This document shows, one piece after another, positions 25,032 to 32,772 of a stretch of DNA of 57,578 nt. Each line of letters starts with the position of its first letter. Position 1 is the first letter of the stretch. A program made the translations under genes and the position numbers. The DNA is taken from contig JAEDMC010000001.1 of the NCBI GenBank assembly GCA_016303225.1, forward strand, positions 1 through 57,578, given 5' to 3'. The notes under the pieces are model-generated. The model saw only the letters and a program-made list of their open reading frames with translations. It was not told the DNA's origin and did not search any database. This DNA comes from Kiritimatiellia bacterium. Lineage in GTDB: Bacteria > Verrucomicrobiota > Kiritimatiellia > RFP12 > UBA1067.

Positions 25032-25886
25032 TTACCGGTCAAAAGCCTCTAGTATCGCAGGCGTAACATCCTGCAGGGAATTCACCCGATCGCGAATCCA
25101 CTCCTCTCCTGGACCAAAGACTATGAACGGCACGGGGTTGCGCGTGTGACCGCGCTCGCCAATCGACTCGATGTTTCCGTGATCGGCCGTCATCACGAGC
25201 GTGATGCCCGCCGCCTCGGTGCACCGTACAAGCGCGGCAAGGAACCGATCGTAGACCCGCAGGACCGCGCAGGCGCGCGCATAGTCCATCGAATGCCCGG
25301 AAACGTCCGTCTGAAAAAACTCATACAGTGTGAAGTCATTGGCGAGCGCCAGTCGAAAGAGGTGTTCCGCAGACCTCTGCGGTGTGACGACCGGAATGTC
25401 AGGATAGCGATCTTGAATCGTTTCCCGCGTCAGGTCCTGCATCAGCGCCCGATCAGACATCAGATCTTCCGCAAGGGAAATCGATTCCGGAACCGTTAAC
25501 GCCATCACAGTTGTCACCGACTTGAATCGCCGCGCAGCAATCTCGCTGACATCATCCACGAGATACGCATCGGCAAAGCGCACGCGCTTGTTGCGTTTGC
25601 GCAATTCCATGAACAGATTGTTGTCTTCAATGATCTTGCGAAGCTCCTGCCCGGGAAAACCCTCGCAATGCCGCCCAATTGCCGCCGAACAGTTCACCCC
25701 CGTGAACATCGTCGCCTGCCCTGTAGCAGACTGAGGCAACCCTTCGACACCCAAACAAGCGTCGATTGGCTTTGAGTGACACTCAATCAACCGCCAAAGC
25801 GTCGGACACACTTCTTTGTTCAATGGATTGTCCGCTGCCGGTTCTCGAAGCCCCACCCCGTCTATGAATAGATAAATGACTTTCAA
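25032..25886 (-). CDS. Alkaline-phosphatase-superfamily metalloenzyme (cofactor-independent phosphoglycerate mutase / phosphopentomutase-like)
   Basis: 284 aa. Motifs: LFIDGVG, QSATGQATMFTG, TADHGN. TTG start. Its TAA stop lies inside the IS target duplication. Confidence 0.65.
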   Translation of the reverse strand: MKVIYLFIDGVGLREPAADNPLNKEVCPTLWRLIECHSKPIDACLGVEGLPQSATGQATMFTGVNCSAAIGRHCEGFPGQELRKIIEDNNLFMELRKRNKRVRFADAYLVDDVSEIAARRFKSVTTVMALTVPESISLAEDLMSDRALMQDLTRETIQDRYPDIPVVTPQRSAEHLFRLALANDFTLYEFFQTDVSGHSMDYARACAVLRVYDRFLAALVRCTEAAGITLVMTADHGNIESIGERGHTRNPVPFIVFGPGEEWIRDRVNSLQDVTPAILEAFDR

Positions 25887-25894
25887 GTTCCAAA

Positions 25895-25900
25895 ATTATA
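25895..25900 (-). promoter_or_regulatory. -10 box TATAAT, 8 nt before the TTG start of the metalloenzyme gene
   Basis: Minus strand ggTATAATtttggaacTTG. Confidence 0.5.
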
Positions 25901-26098
25901 CCACAAAAATGATAAAATAAGCAAGTAGGCTTTCATGTTGATAATCATTTGATAATTGTAGACAGAATTTCACAACTTCTTCTTGACAAACTCCATTTTA
26001 GCTTTAAATGATTGATTTTATTCACAATAGTATAATTTCGTGACTTGATTGCCGCATAATGTTATATTGTAAATTGTTCATAATCAAGTTAACAATTT

Positions 26099-26107
26099 TG
26101 GTATAAT
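26099..26107 (+). promoter_or_regulatory. Extended -10 TGGTATAAT, 11 nt before the mnmG ATG
   Basis: TGGTATAATatcttcgtcttATG. Confidence 0.55.
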
Positions 26108-26118
26108 ATCTTCGTCTT

Positions 26119-27897
26119 ATGAAAAACTACTGCTTGGACTCTTTCCCAGTGATTGTTGTTGGTGGCGGACATTCCGGCGCTGAAGCAGCACTAGCAGCTT
26201 CGCGTATGGGTATTCGCACTCTTCTTATAACGGCATGCAAAAATGCTCTAGCACGAATGCCCTGTAATCCTTCCATTGGAGGTTTGGCAAAAAGTCATCT
26301 GGTTTATGAGTTGGATGCTCTTGGTGGTGAGATGGGACGCAATGCTGATGCTACTGCCCTTCAGTCTAAAATACTCAATCGAAGCAAGGGCCCGGCTGTA
26401 TGGGCAACACGATGCCAATGTGCAAAGACAGAATATACTGTAAGAATGCAGCAGGTCATCAACCAGCAAGATTCTTTAACCGTTCTCGAAGATTCCGTCA
26501 TTTCACTTATCATCAAAAACGATCATATAATTGGTGTACAGACCGATTCTCATGGATCTATTTTTTCACAAGCTGTCATCATCACTTCAGGCACATCCTT
26601 GCGAGGACGCGTATGGATAGGCAAACATTGCACCGACTCTGCGGGAGACAATAGACCTTCAATCAATCAGCTTTCCTTCTCTCTTGCTGAAAAAGGATTT
26701 GATTTGATTCGTCTCAAAACTGGTACACCTCCTCGACTTAAAGCTTCAAGTTGCAATTTTTCTCAATGCATCCCTCAAGAGGGTGAACATCCGCATCCGT
26801 TGTTCCACGTGGAACAAGATCTCGATCATGACCATGTTCCACGTGGAACATTACCCGAATTTCCCTGTTGGATGACCCATACAACTGAAAAAACTCATCA
26901 AATTATAAGAGAAAACCTGACTTGTTCAGCATTGTATGGAGGTGAAATCACAGGAACCGGAGTAAGATATTGTCCATCAATAGAAGATAAAATTGTTCGC
27001 TTTACTTCAGCGCAACAACATCATGTCATGCTGGAACCAGAAGACTCTTCTGGACAAATCATTTATCCAAATGGGTTGAGTTGTTGTTTGCCAAAGACAA
27101 TACAAGAACAAATGGTACATTCAGTACCAGGTTTAGAAACAGCAGAGTTTCTTGCATACGCTTATGCAATTGAATATGACGGAATTAATTCTCTTGAACT
27201 GAAGCATACACTAGAATCAAAACGAATAAACGGCCTATTCTTTGCTGGACAAATTAACGGCACAACTGGATATGAAGAGGCCGCTGCACAGGGAATTATG
27301 GCAGGCATCAATGCAGCACTACTTATTAAGGAAAAAGAGCCTTTGATTCTCAGTCGGCAAGATGCCTATATTGGTGTAATGATTGATGACCTAGTCACAA
27401 AAGGTACAGATGAACCCTATCGTATGTTTACGAGCCGAGCTGAAAGACGTCTAATACTCAGACAGGATAATGCTCGCTACCGTTTACTTGATGCAGCAAC
27501 AAAAGCCGGTATTCTTACTCCGAAAATTCTCGATGCAAGAAAACGCGAATTTGAATTTATTAACTCTTGCGTTGAACATAATCTCAATCCTAAATTGCAA
27601 CCTGAATTCAAGACATTTGCAAATGCAAAAATGTTAATTCAAGAAATAGATATTATACGACATTACCAGCCTTATATTGAACAAGAAAAGAAAGCAGCCG
27701 AAAAAGCAAAACTGGATGAATCAATCTGTCTGCCAAAATGGTTGGATTATGACAAGTGTACAGCTGTTAGATATGAAAGCCGCGAAAAGCTCAAAAAATA
27801 CCGGCCGGAAACACTTGCACAAGCTGGACGAATACCAGGTGTCAATCCAGCCGATGTAGCTGTCTTAGCGATTATTATTAAGCGGGGACATCATTAA
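26119..27897 (+). CDS. mnmG: tRNA uridine 5-carboxymethylaminomethyl modification enzyme MnmG (GidA)
   Basis: 592 aa. FAD motif [14 protein letters not shown], then RLKTGTPPR and YCPSIEDK. Confidence 0.95.
   Translation: MKNYCLDSFPVIVVGGGHSGAEAALAASRMGIRTLLITACKNALARMPCNPSIGGLAKSHLVYELDALGGEMGRNADATALQSKILNRSKGPAVWATRCQCAKTEYTVRMQQVINQQDSLTVLEDSVISLIIKNDHIIGVQTDSHGSIFSQAVIITSGTSLRGRVWIGKHCTDSAGDNRPSINQLSFSLAEKGFDLIRLKTGTPPRLKASSCNFSQCIPQEGEHPHPLFHVEQDLDHDHVPRGTLPEFPCWMTHTTEKTHQIIRENLTCSALYGGEITGTGVRYCPSIEDKIVRFTSAQQHHVMLEPEDSSGQIIYPNGLSCCLPKTIQEQMVHSVPGLETAEFLAYAYAIEYDGINSLELKHTLESKRINGLFFAGQINGTTGYEEAAAQGIMAGINAALLIKEKEPLILSRQDAYIGVMIDDLVTKGTDEPYRMFTSRAERRLILRQDNARYRLLDAATKAGILTPKILDARKREFEFINSCVEHNLNPKLQPEFKTFANAKMLIQEIDIIRHYQPYIEQEKKAAEKAKLDESICLPKWLDYDKCTAVRYESREKLKKYRPETLAQAGRIPGVNPADVAVLAIIIKRGHH
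26800..26817. promoter_or_regulatory. parS site 1 (18-bp perfect palindrome)
   Basis: ttGTTCCACGTGGAACaa. The 16-bp core TGTTCCACGTGGAACA is the perfectly symmetric form of the parS consensus TGTTNCACGTGAAACA. Confidence 0.8.
26834..26851. promoter_or_regulatory. parS site 2 (18-bp perfect palindrome)
   Basis: atGTTCCACGTGGAACat, centred 34 bp from site 1 and also inside the mnmG coding sequence. Confidence 0.8.
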
Positions 27898-27985
27898 AGT
27901 TATTAACAAAAATTGTTGATATGTTGATGATATAAGTAGACTTCTTCCTTTGCCATTCGTCAGTTGATTTTTGTATAATTAGGCA
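27898..27985. promoter_or_regulatory. DnaA-box cluster overlapping the dnaA promoter
   Basis: Boxes: ttattaaca 27900-27908, tgttgatat 27914-27922, tgttgatga 27922-27930, agttgattt 27962-27970. TATAAT at 27974-27979. Confidence 0.65.
27974..27979 (+). promoter_or_regulatory. -10 box TATAAT, 6 nt before the dnaA GTG (27986)
   Basis: ttgTATAATtaggcaGTG. Confidence 0.5.
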
Positions 27986-29419
27986 GTGTTAATAACTAGG
28001 TGGATTTCGAATATGAATGAAACGATAGACATCACGTCGAAGGAAATGTGGGAACGCGCGAAGGAAATTTATCTTTCCACATTGCATTCGGTAGAGGAGA
28101 AGAGTCAGGTCGATCGATACCTGTCAATGATTCTTTCCGTTTCGCGCAAGGGAGATAACTTCATCGTGTTGACTTCAAACGCGTATGCAGCCGACTATCT
28201 CAAAGACAATTATTCGGAACGTTTGCGAAAGTGCTTGGAACTTGTAGCCGATGGAGAAAAAATCGGTTTGGAATTCAAGTATGATGAAACGGCAAAGCCT
28301 GCGATCATCATGCCGCATAACCAAATGGGCAGACAGTCTTATTCAAATGCAACGTCGACCTTTATATCGACGATGCCGTTGAATGAAGAATACACGTTTG
28401 AAGAATTCGTTCGAGGGCCGTCCAACAGCTGGGCATTGGCGGCAGCTCAAGGCGTTGTTTCAAATCCAGGAAAAAGCGGTTACAATCCGCTGTTCATTCA
28501 TGGTGGAACTGGCCTTGGAAAAACACATCTGATGCAAGCCATCGGTAACGAACTGAAGCGACGCAACGCCAATATGGCAATCTGCTATCTGACGGCGGAA
28601 ACATTTCTGAATGAATATGTAAACGCATTGAAGAACGGTCAAATTGAAACGTTCAGAAACCGTTACCGCACAATTGACTTATTGATGGTAGACGATGTGC
28701 AGTTTTTGCAAAAGGGCAAACAATTTCAGGAAGAGTTCTTCAATACATTTTGCGCCCTCTGGCAGGCTCATAAGCAAATCGTGATGACTTCAGATGTTGC
28801 GCCTAAAAACTTGCCGGCAGTGGAAGAAAGGCTCATTTCACGCTTTGAAGGGGGCATGGTTCAGGAAATAGAATCTCCAAATTACGAGACAAGACTGGCC
28901 ATTTTGCGTAAGAAATCTGAATCAATGAAACCGGCAATACCAGATTACGCCCTGGAATTCATTGCTGATACCATTAAAAGCCATGTTCGTGCAATGGAAG
29001 GTGCATTACATCGTGTCAGCATCTTTAGATCTATGGACCCAACAGAAAACCTGACTAAAGAAACACTGTCAAAACTGCTGAAGGATTTCATAGAAAAAGA
29101 GCAGACTCTCAAAAAGCTGAACATCGAAGAAATACAAGCTGTCGTAGCCAAAAAATATTCAGTAACAATAACGCAAATTCTTTCAGCCGAAAGAACCCAG
29201 TCAATTGTTACTCCACGACAGTTAGCAATGTACATTGCCAGAAAATTCACAACTAAAAGTTTACCGGAGATTGCAAAGCTCTTTGAAAAAACTCATGCCA
29301 CTATTATTCATGGTGTCAAAAACATCGAAAAGAGACTTGACGTAGAATCCGATCTCAAGGCAACCTTAGCCGAAATACTTTCCGAATTCGGCTATAATCT
29401 CTCTGATAAAATGGACTGA
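27986..29419 (+). CDS. dnaA: Chromosomal replication initiator protein DnaA
   Basis: Motifs: GGTGLGKTHLMQAIGN, LMVDDVQFL and C-terminal DNA-binding ..RQLAMYIARKFT..SLPEIAKLF.KTHATIIHG. GTG 27986 lies 6 nt after the -10 box; the ATG at 28013 (MNETIDI) is an alternative start. Confidence 0.95.
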   Translation: MLITRWISNMNETIDITSKEMWERAKEIYLSTLHSVEEKSQVDRYLSMILSVSRKGDNFIVLTSNAYAADYLKDNYSERLRKCLELVADGEKIGLEFKYDETAKPAIIMPHNQMGRQSYSNATSTFISTMPLNEEYTFEEFVRGPSNSWALAAAQGVVSNPGKSGYNPLFIHGGTGLGKTHLMQAIGNELKRRNANMAICYLTAETFLNEYVNALKNGQIETFRNRYRTIDLLMVDDVQFLQKGKQFQEEFFNTFCALWQAHKQIVMTSDVAPKNLPAVEERLISRFEGGMVQEIESPNYETRLAILRKKSESMKPAIPDYALEFIADTIKSHVRAMEGALHRVSIFRSMDPTENLTKETLSKLLKDFIEKEQTLKKLNIEEIQAVVAKKYSVTITQILSAERTQSIVTPRQLAMYIARKFTTKSLPEIAKLFEKTHATIIHGVKNIEKRLDVESDLKATLAEILSEFGYNLSDKMD

Positions 29420-29685
29420 TGAGATGCTAACAACATGAAGACAAAGTGAATAAAAAGGTTTCACAAAAAATTGAATTGTCAACAGGCGAATTTGAAATCA
29501 ACATCGGTTTAAAACAATCTATTCAAAGAGTCAACAGACCAGACAAGCTCAAACTCCAATGAAATCAATCTAAAAATGAGTTGTCAACAGAATCAACATT
29601 CCTAATAATAATAATTTGTCCTACTTTATCTAACAGCTAATATTTGATACAATCAAATAACGAGTTAATAAGAAGGAGAATAAAA
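29420..29685. promoter_or_regulatory. Candidate oriC core: five same-orientation DnaA boxes, (TAA)4 DnaA-trio-like run, AT-rich segment
   Basis: Boxes: ttgtcaaca 29475-83, aaatcaaca 29495-503, gagtcaaca 29528-36, ttgtcaaca 29581-89, gaatcaaca 29590-98. Next comes tcc, then taataataataa at 29603-29614, then AT-rich sequence up to the dnaN promoter. Confidence 0.65.
29645..29653 (+). promoter_or_regulatory. Extended -10 TGATACAAT upstream of dnaN (32-nt leader with SD AAGGAG)
   Basis: TGATACAAT at 29645, SD at 29672-77, ATG at 29686. Confidence 0.5.
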
Positions 29686-30780
29686 ATGAAATTAAAAATA
29701 GTACGGTCTAAATTTTTGGAGGGACTGAAGTCAGTTCAGAACATCGTTGCCGGGAAAGGCTCGTTGCCGATTCTTCAGAATGTTCTTCTTGAAGTCGGCG
29801 GCGGTGAAATCAAGATGACGACAACTGACTTAGACATTTCAATTAAGGCGAGTTGTGGATGTGAAGTCGAGGAGAGTGGGAGCACGACATTACCCGTTAA
29901 ACTGCTTTTCAATGCCATCACGAAAGTCGCTGAGGGTGAGGTGGAGATTGAAGTTGACGAAAAGGAAAGGGCTTCAATCAGCGCCGGCAATGCGCGATAC
30001 AAACTGGTAGGTTTGCCTGAAAAGGAATTTCCTCGATTGCCCAAGGATGAAGACGCTTATGTCTATACGGTTTCTCAGCAGGTGTTCAAGGAAATGCTGA
30101 AGAAAGTGTCGTATGCGGCAAGTCAGGACGATACGCGCAGAACGCTGAAGGGCGTGTTGATGAGCTTTAAGGACAACAAGCTCACAATGGTGGCGACAGA
30201 TGGGCGCAGACTGGCGTTGGTTGAAAATGAAGTTGAATTTTTGAAAGATGCCGAGAAGGACATCGTTCTTCCATCAAAGGCGGTGGCTGAACTTCAAAGA
30301 TGCCTTTTGGGAGAAGGAGACCTTTCATTAATCGTACAGAAATCTCAGATTTGCTTCAAGCTTGACAACGTGATGATCTATTCGAAGGTCATAGATGACG
30401 CCTATCCAAATTATAAGCAGGTCATACCGAAGGAAACTGCTGAACACATCACCGTGGATCGTCAATTGATGTTGGATGCACTTGATCGGGCAAGCGTGAT
30501 GACGATGGACGAAGCGCATTCGACCAAACTCATCTTTGAAAGCGGCAAACTGACTGTTACATCAGCAGCATCGGACATCGGTGAAGCAAAGGATGTTGTT
30601 CCAATCAAATATGCAGGGGAAAAAATAGAGATCATGTTCAATCCCTCTTATGTGATGGATCCGCTTAAGGCCATTGACGACGATGAAATCACGTTCAATG
30701 TCAATGACGAACATTCTCCCGCCGTCATCAAGTGTTCTATTCCGTTTCTGTATGTGCTGATGCCTCTGCGCATCAGCTAA
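29686..30780 (+). CDS. dnaN: DNA polymerase III subunit beta (sliding clamp)
   Basis: MKLKIVRSKFLEGLK... three-domain clamp length. A canonical SD AAGGAG lies 8 nt upstream. The ORF-track TTG at 29644 is rejected. Confidence 0.95.
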   Translation: MKLKIVRSKFLEGLKSVQNIVAGKGSLPILQNVLLEVGGGEIKMTTTDLDISIKASCGCEVEESGSTTLPVKLLFNAITKVAEGEVEIEVDEKERASISAGNARYKLVGLPEKEFPRLPKDEDAYVYTVSQQVFKEMLKKVSYAASQDDTRRTLKGVLMSFKDNKLTMVATDGRRLALVENEVEFLKDAEKDIVLPSKAVAELQRCLLGEGDLSLIVQKSQICFKLDNVMIYSKVIDDAYPNYKQVIPKETAEHITVDRQLMLDALDRASVMTMDEAHSTKLIFESGKLTVTSAASDIGEAKDVVPIKYAGEKIEIMFNPSYVMDPLKAIDDDEITFNVNDEHSPAVIKCSIPFLYVLMPLRIS

Positions 30781-30781
30781 A

Positions 30782-32029
30782 GTGAAAATGAAGATCTGGA
30801 CAGATAAGAACTTTCCCATAATCATCTCCTGTGCCAAGCAATTGTCCCGCTGGACCGAGGCGGAAGTGCTTGATATGGGCTATAAGCCCATTGAGGTGAC
30901 AGAAAACACGGTGGTTGTTCGCGGTGACATGCGCGACATGATGAGGCTGAATCTCTTTCTCAGGACGGCGCATCGGGTTCTGGTTCCGCTTCTGAGGACG
31001 ACTTGCAGAAACATACGCGACCTCTATCAGGCCGTGCTGTCAATCGACTGGGAAAACTTGCTGGAAGCAGACGGATACTTTTCCGTGTCATCGGTTGTTC
31101 ATAACTATACGATCCGCGACACACGTCTGCCTTCTCTCCATACCAAGGATGCGATTGCAGACCGTATGCGCGAGAAGTGTCAGCGACGTCCTGATTCCGG
31201 AGGAGAGAACAAAGGGGCTGCCGTTTTCGTCTATTGGGAAAAAGACGAAGCGATCATTTACCTTGATACTTCGGGAGAACCTCTTTCGAAACGTGGCTAT
31301 CGCAAGATACCAGGTTCTGCACCGATGCAGGAAACGCTTGCCGCAGCTTGCATCATGGCTATGCACTGGGACTCCAAGACGCCGTTTCTCTCACCGATGT
31401 GCGGTAGCGGTACACCTGCCATTGAGGCGACGATGATTGCGATGAACCGAGCCCCAGGTGCCCTGAAGGGGCATTTCGCATTTCAGTCAATCAAAGGATA
31501 CGGACGAATCATTCCAGGAGAATCCGCGCCAACGGTTGCTCCTCGCCAGCACTCGGGCGCATCGCCCGAACAGATCTGGAAAGAAATCGTGTTAGAAGCA
31601 AAATCACATGAGACGACGGATAACCTTCCGCCGATCATCGCAACCGACATCTCGCCTGAAGCGGTCGAAAACGCACATACGAATGCGATTGCCGCCGGTG
31701 TTGCTCCTTACATTACCTTCAAGGCTTGTGACTTTGCCGAAACTCCCATTCCAGAAGCGAAGGGGTGCATCTTCTTCAATCCCGAATATGGCATTCGTCT
31801 GGGGAATCCAAAGGAATTGGCGCCAGTCTACGAGCGCATTGGAACGTTTCTGCATGAAAAGTGTCCGGGATGGATGGGTGCGCTCATCACCGGAAGCCAG
31901 GAGCTTTCGCATCTCGTCAATCTTTACTACAAGACGCGCATCCCGTTTTTCAACGGACCGATCGACTGTCGGCTGTTCCTCTACGAGGGATGCGAACTGA
32001 AAGGTCAGAATATCAATGGAAATGAGTGA
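30782..32029 (+). CDS. THUMP-domain class I SAM-dependent RNA methyltransferase (RlmL/UPF0020-like)
   Basis: 415 aa. Motifs: PMCGSGTPAIEA, DISPEAVENA, FFNPEYGIRLG (NPPY-type). Confidence 0.75.
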   Translation: MKMKIWTDKNFPIIISCAKQLSRWTEAEVLDMGYKPIEVTENTVVVRGDMRDMMRLNLFLRTAHRVLVPLLRTTCRNIRDLYQAVLSIDWENLLEADGYFSVSSVVHNYTIRDTRLPSLHTKDAIADRMREKCQRRPDSGGENKGAAVFVYWEKDEAIIYLDTSGEPLSKRGYRKIPGSAPMQETLAAACIMAMHWDSKTPFLSPMCGSGTPAIEATMIAMNRAPGALKGHFAFQSIKGYGRIIPGESAPTVAPRQHSGASPEQIWKEIVLEAKSHETTDNLPPIIATDISPEAVENAHTNAIAAGVAPYITFKACDFAETPIPEAKGCIFFNPEYGIRLGNPKELAPVYERIGTFLHEKCPGWMGALITGSQELSHLVNLYYKTRIPFFNGPIDCRLFLYEGCELKGQNINGNE

Positions 32030-32651
32030 GTTTCTCAATCGCACGCAAGATAAAGGTCCTGCTGTGCGTACACCTGAAGAAGTTCCCGTTGAGGAAGAGC
32101 TGGACGTGCAAAAGGCCGTCATCGAATCTCTGGCAGCCGACAAGGCCGAACAGGACGAACGTATTGGTTTGCTGACGAAGGAAAACGAGTCTCTGAAATT
32201 TGAAATTTCACGTCTCAAATCTCAAATTTCAGATTACGAATCAAAAATTGGAGAATTGAAGGTTGCGTTGGCCAAGGTCGGCGATGTCCTTGCCGCGAAT
32301 GCCGAAGGCGAAGCATCCAACAAAGTTGCTTTGATTGATCGTGATCCGGAATTGAACGATCGTTTCCCTGGAGAGACGCGCGATCACGTTCTGGAAGTCA
32401 TCAAGGAGGCACGCGAGGAAGCCGAAAAAGATGGCCGCATCCGCCGTGCCCAGATTCTTGAAAGTGTCCTTGTCGCCAATGTACCGCTGGGTAACTTGAC
32501 CAAAAAGCGCGAGGCGCTCAAAAAGTTTTTTGCAGAAAACGCCAATATCCTTTCTGGTCCAGTGATTGCAGAACTTGAAAAATGCGGGATTAGCCATAAA
32601 AATGGCGATCAATATTTACTGCCGGACGAAATTATCAAACGGACTTATTGA
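32016..32651 (+). CDS. Coiled-coil protein, function unknown
   Basis: 211 aa. Heptad-rich segment LLTKENESLKFEISRLKSQISDYESKIGELKVALAKV. No family recognised. Confidence 0.6.
   Translation: MEMSEFLNRTQDKGPAVRTPEEVPVEEELDVQKAVIESLAADKAEQDERIGLLTKENESLKFEISRLKSQISDYESKIGELKVALAKVGDVLAANAEGEASNKVALIDRDPELNDRFPGETRDHVLEVIKEAREEAEKDGRIRRAQILESVLVANVPLGNLTKKREALKKFFAENANILSGPVIAELEKCGISHKNGDQYLLPDEIIKRTY
32192..32238. repeat. Stutter micro-array (gaaattt x2 / ctcaaat x2) with a 10-bp internal inverted repeat, inside the coiled-coil gene
   Basis: Sequence: tctgaaatttgaaatttcacgtctcaaatctcaaatttcagattacg. ctgaaatttg (32193-32202) pairs with caaatttcag (32223-32232). Confidence 0.8.
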
Positions 32652-32772
32652 TATTTATCAACAATCTTATCAACCTATGTTGATATTATTGTTAATATGT
32701 TGATAAATCTGTTGATAGAGTTGATAACTAGCCCCTTGTCAGTTGATAAAATAAAGTCCATAATATGCGCCC
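32652..32772. promoter_or_regulatory. Densest DnaA-box cluster (7 boxes in about 95 bp) overlapping the promoter of the XRE gene
   Basis: Forward boxes: TTATCAACA 32655-63 and TTATCAACC 32667-75. Reverse boxes: tgttgatat 32678-86, tgttgataa 32698-706, tgttgatag 32710-18, agttgataa 32719-27 and 32741-49. Confidence 0.7.
32759..32764 (+). promoter_or_regulatory. -10-like CATAAT, 8 nt before the XRE gene GTG
   Basis: CATAATatgcgcccGTG, immediately after the 7-box DnaA cluster. Confidence 0.4.

Larger units (their letters stand above)
25887..26118. promoter_or_regulatory. AT-rich divergent intergenic region at the gene-strand switch; one perfect DnaA box
   Basis: 232 bp, strongly AT-rich. tgttgataa at 25936-25944 is the reverse complement of TTATCAACA. 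The region holds divergent -10 boxes for the metalloenzyme gene and mnmG. Confidence 0.6.

Noticed and set aside
23050-25886. Defence or genomic island around the IS (because of the DruA-like domain)
   Set aside because: The IS carries only its transposase. The flanking genes are lptC-like and a metalloenzyme with normal composition. No other Druantia components (large helicase or DUF1998-type genes) are present.
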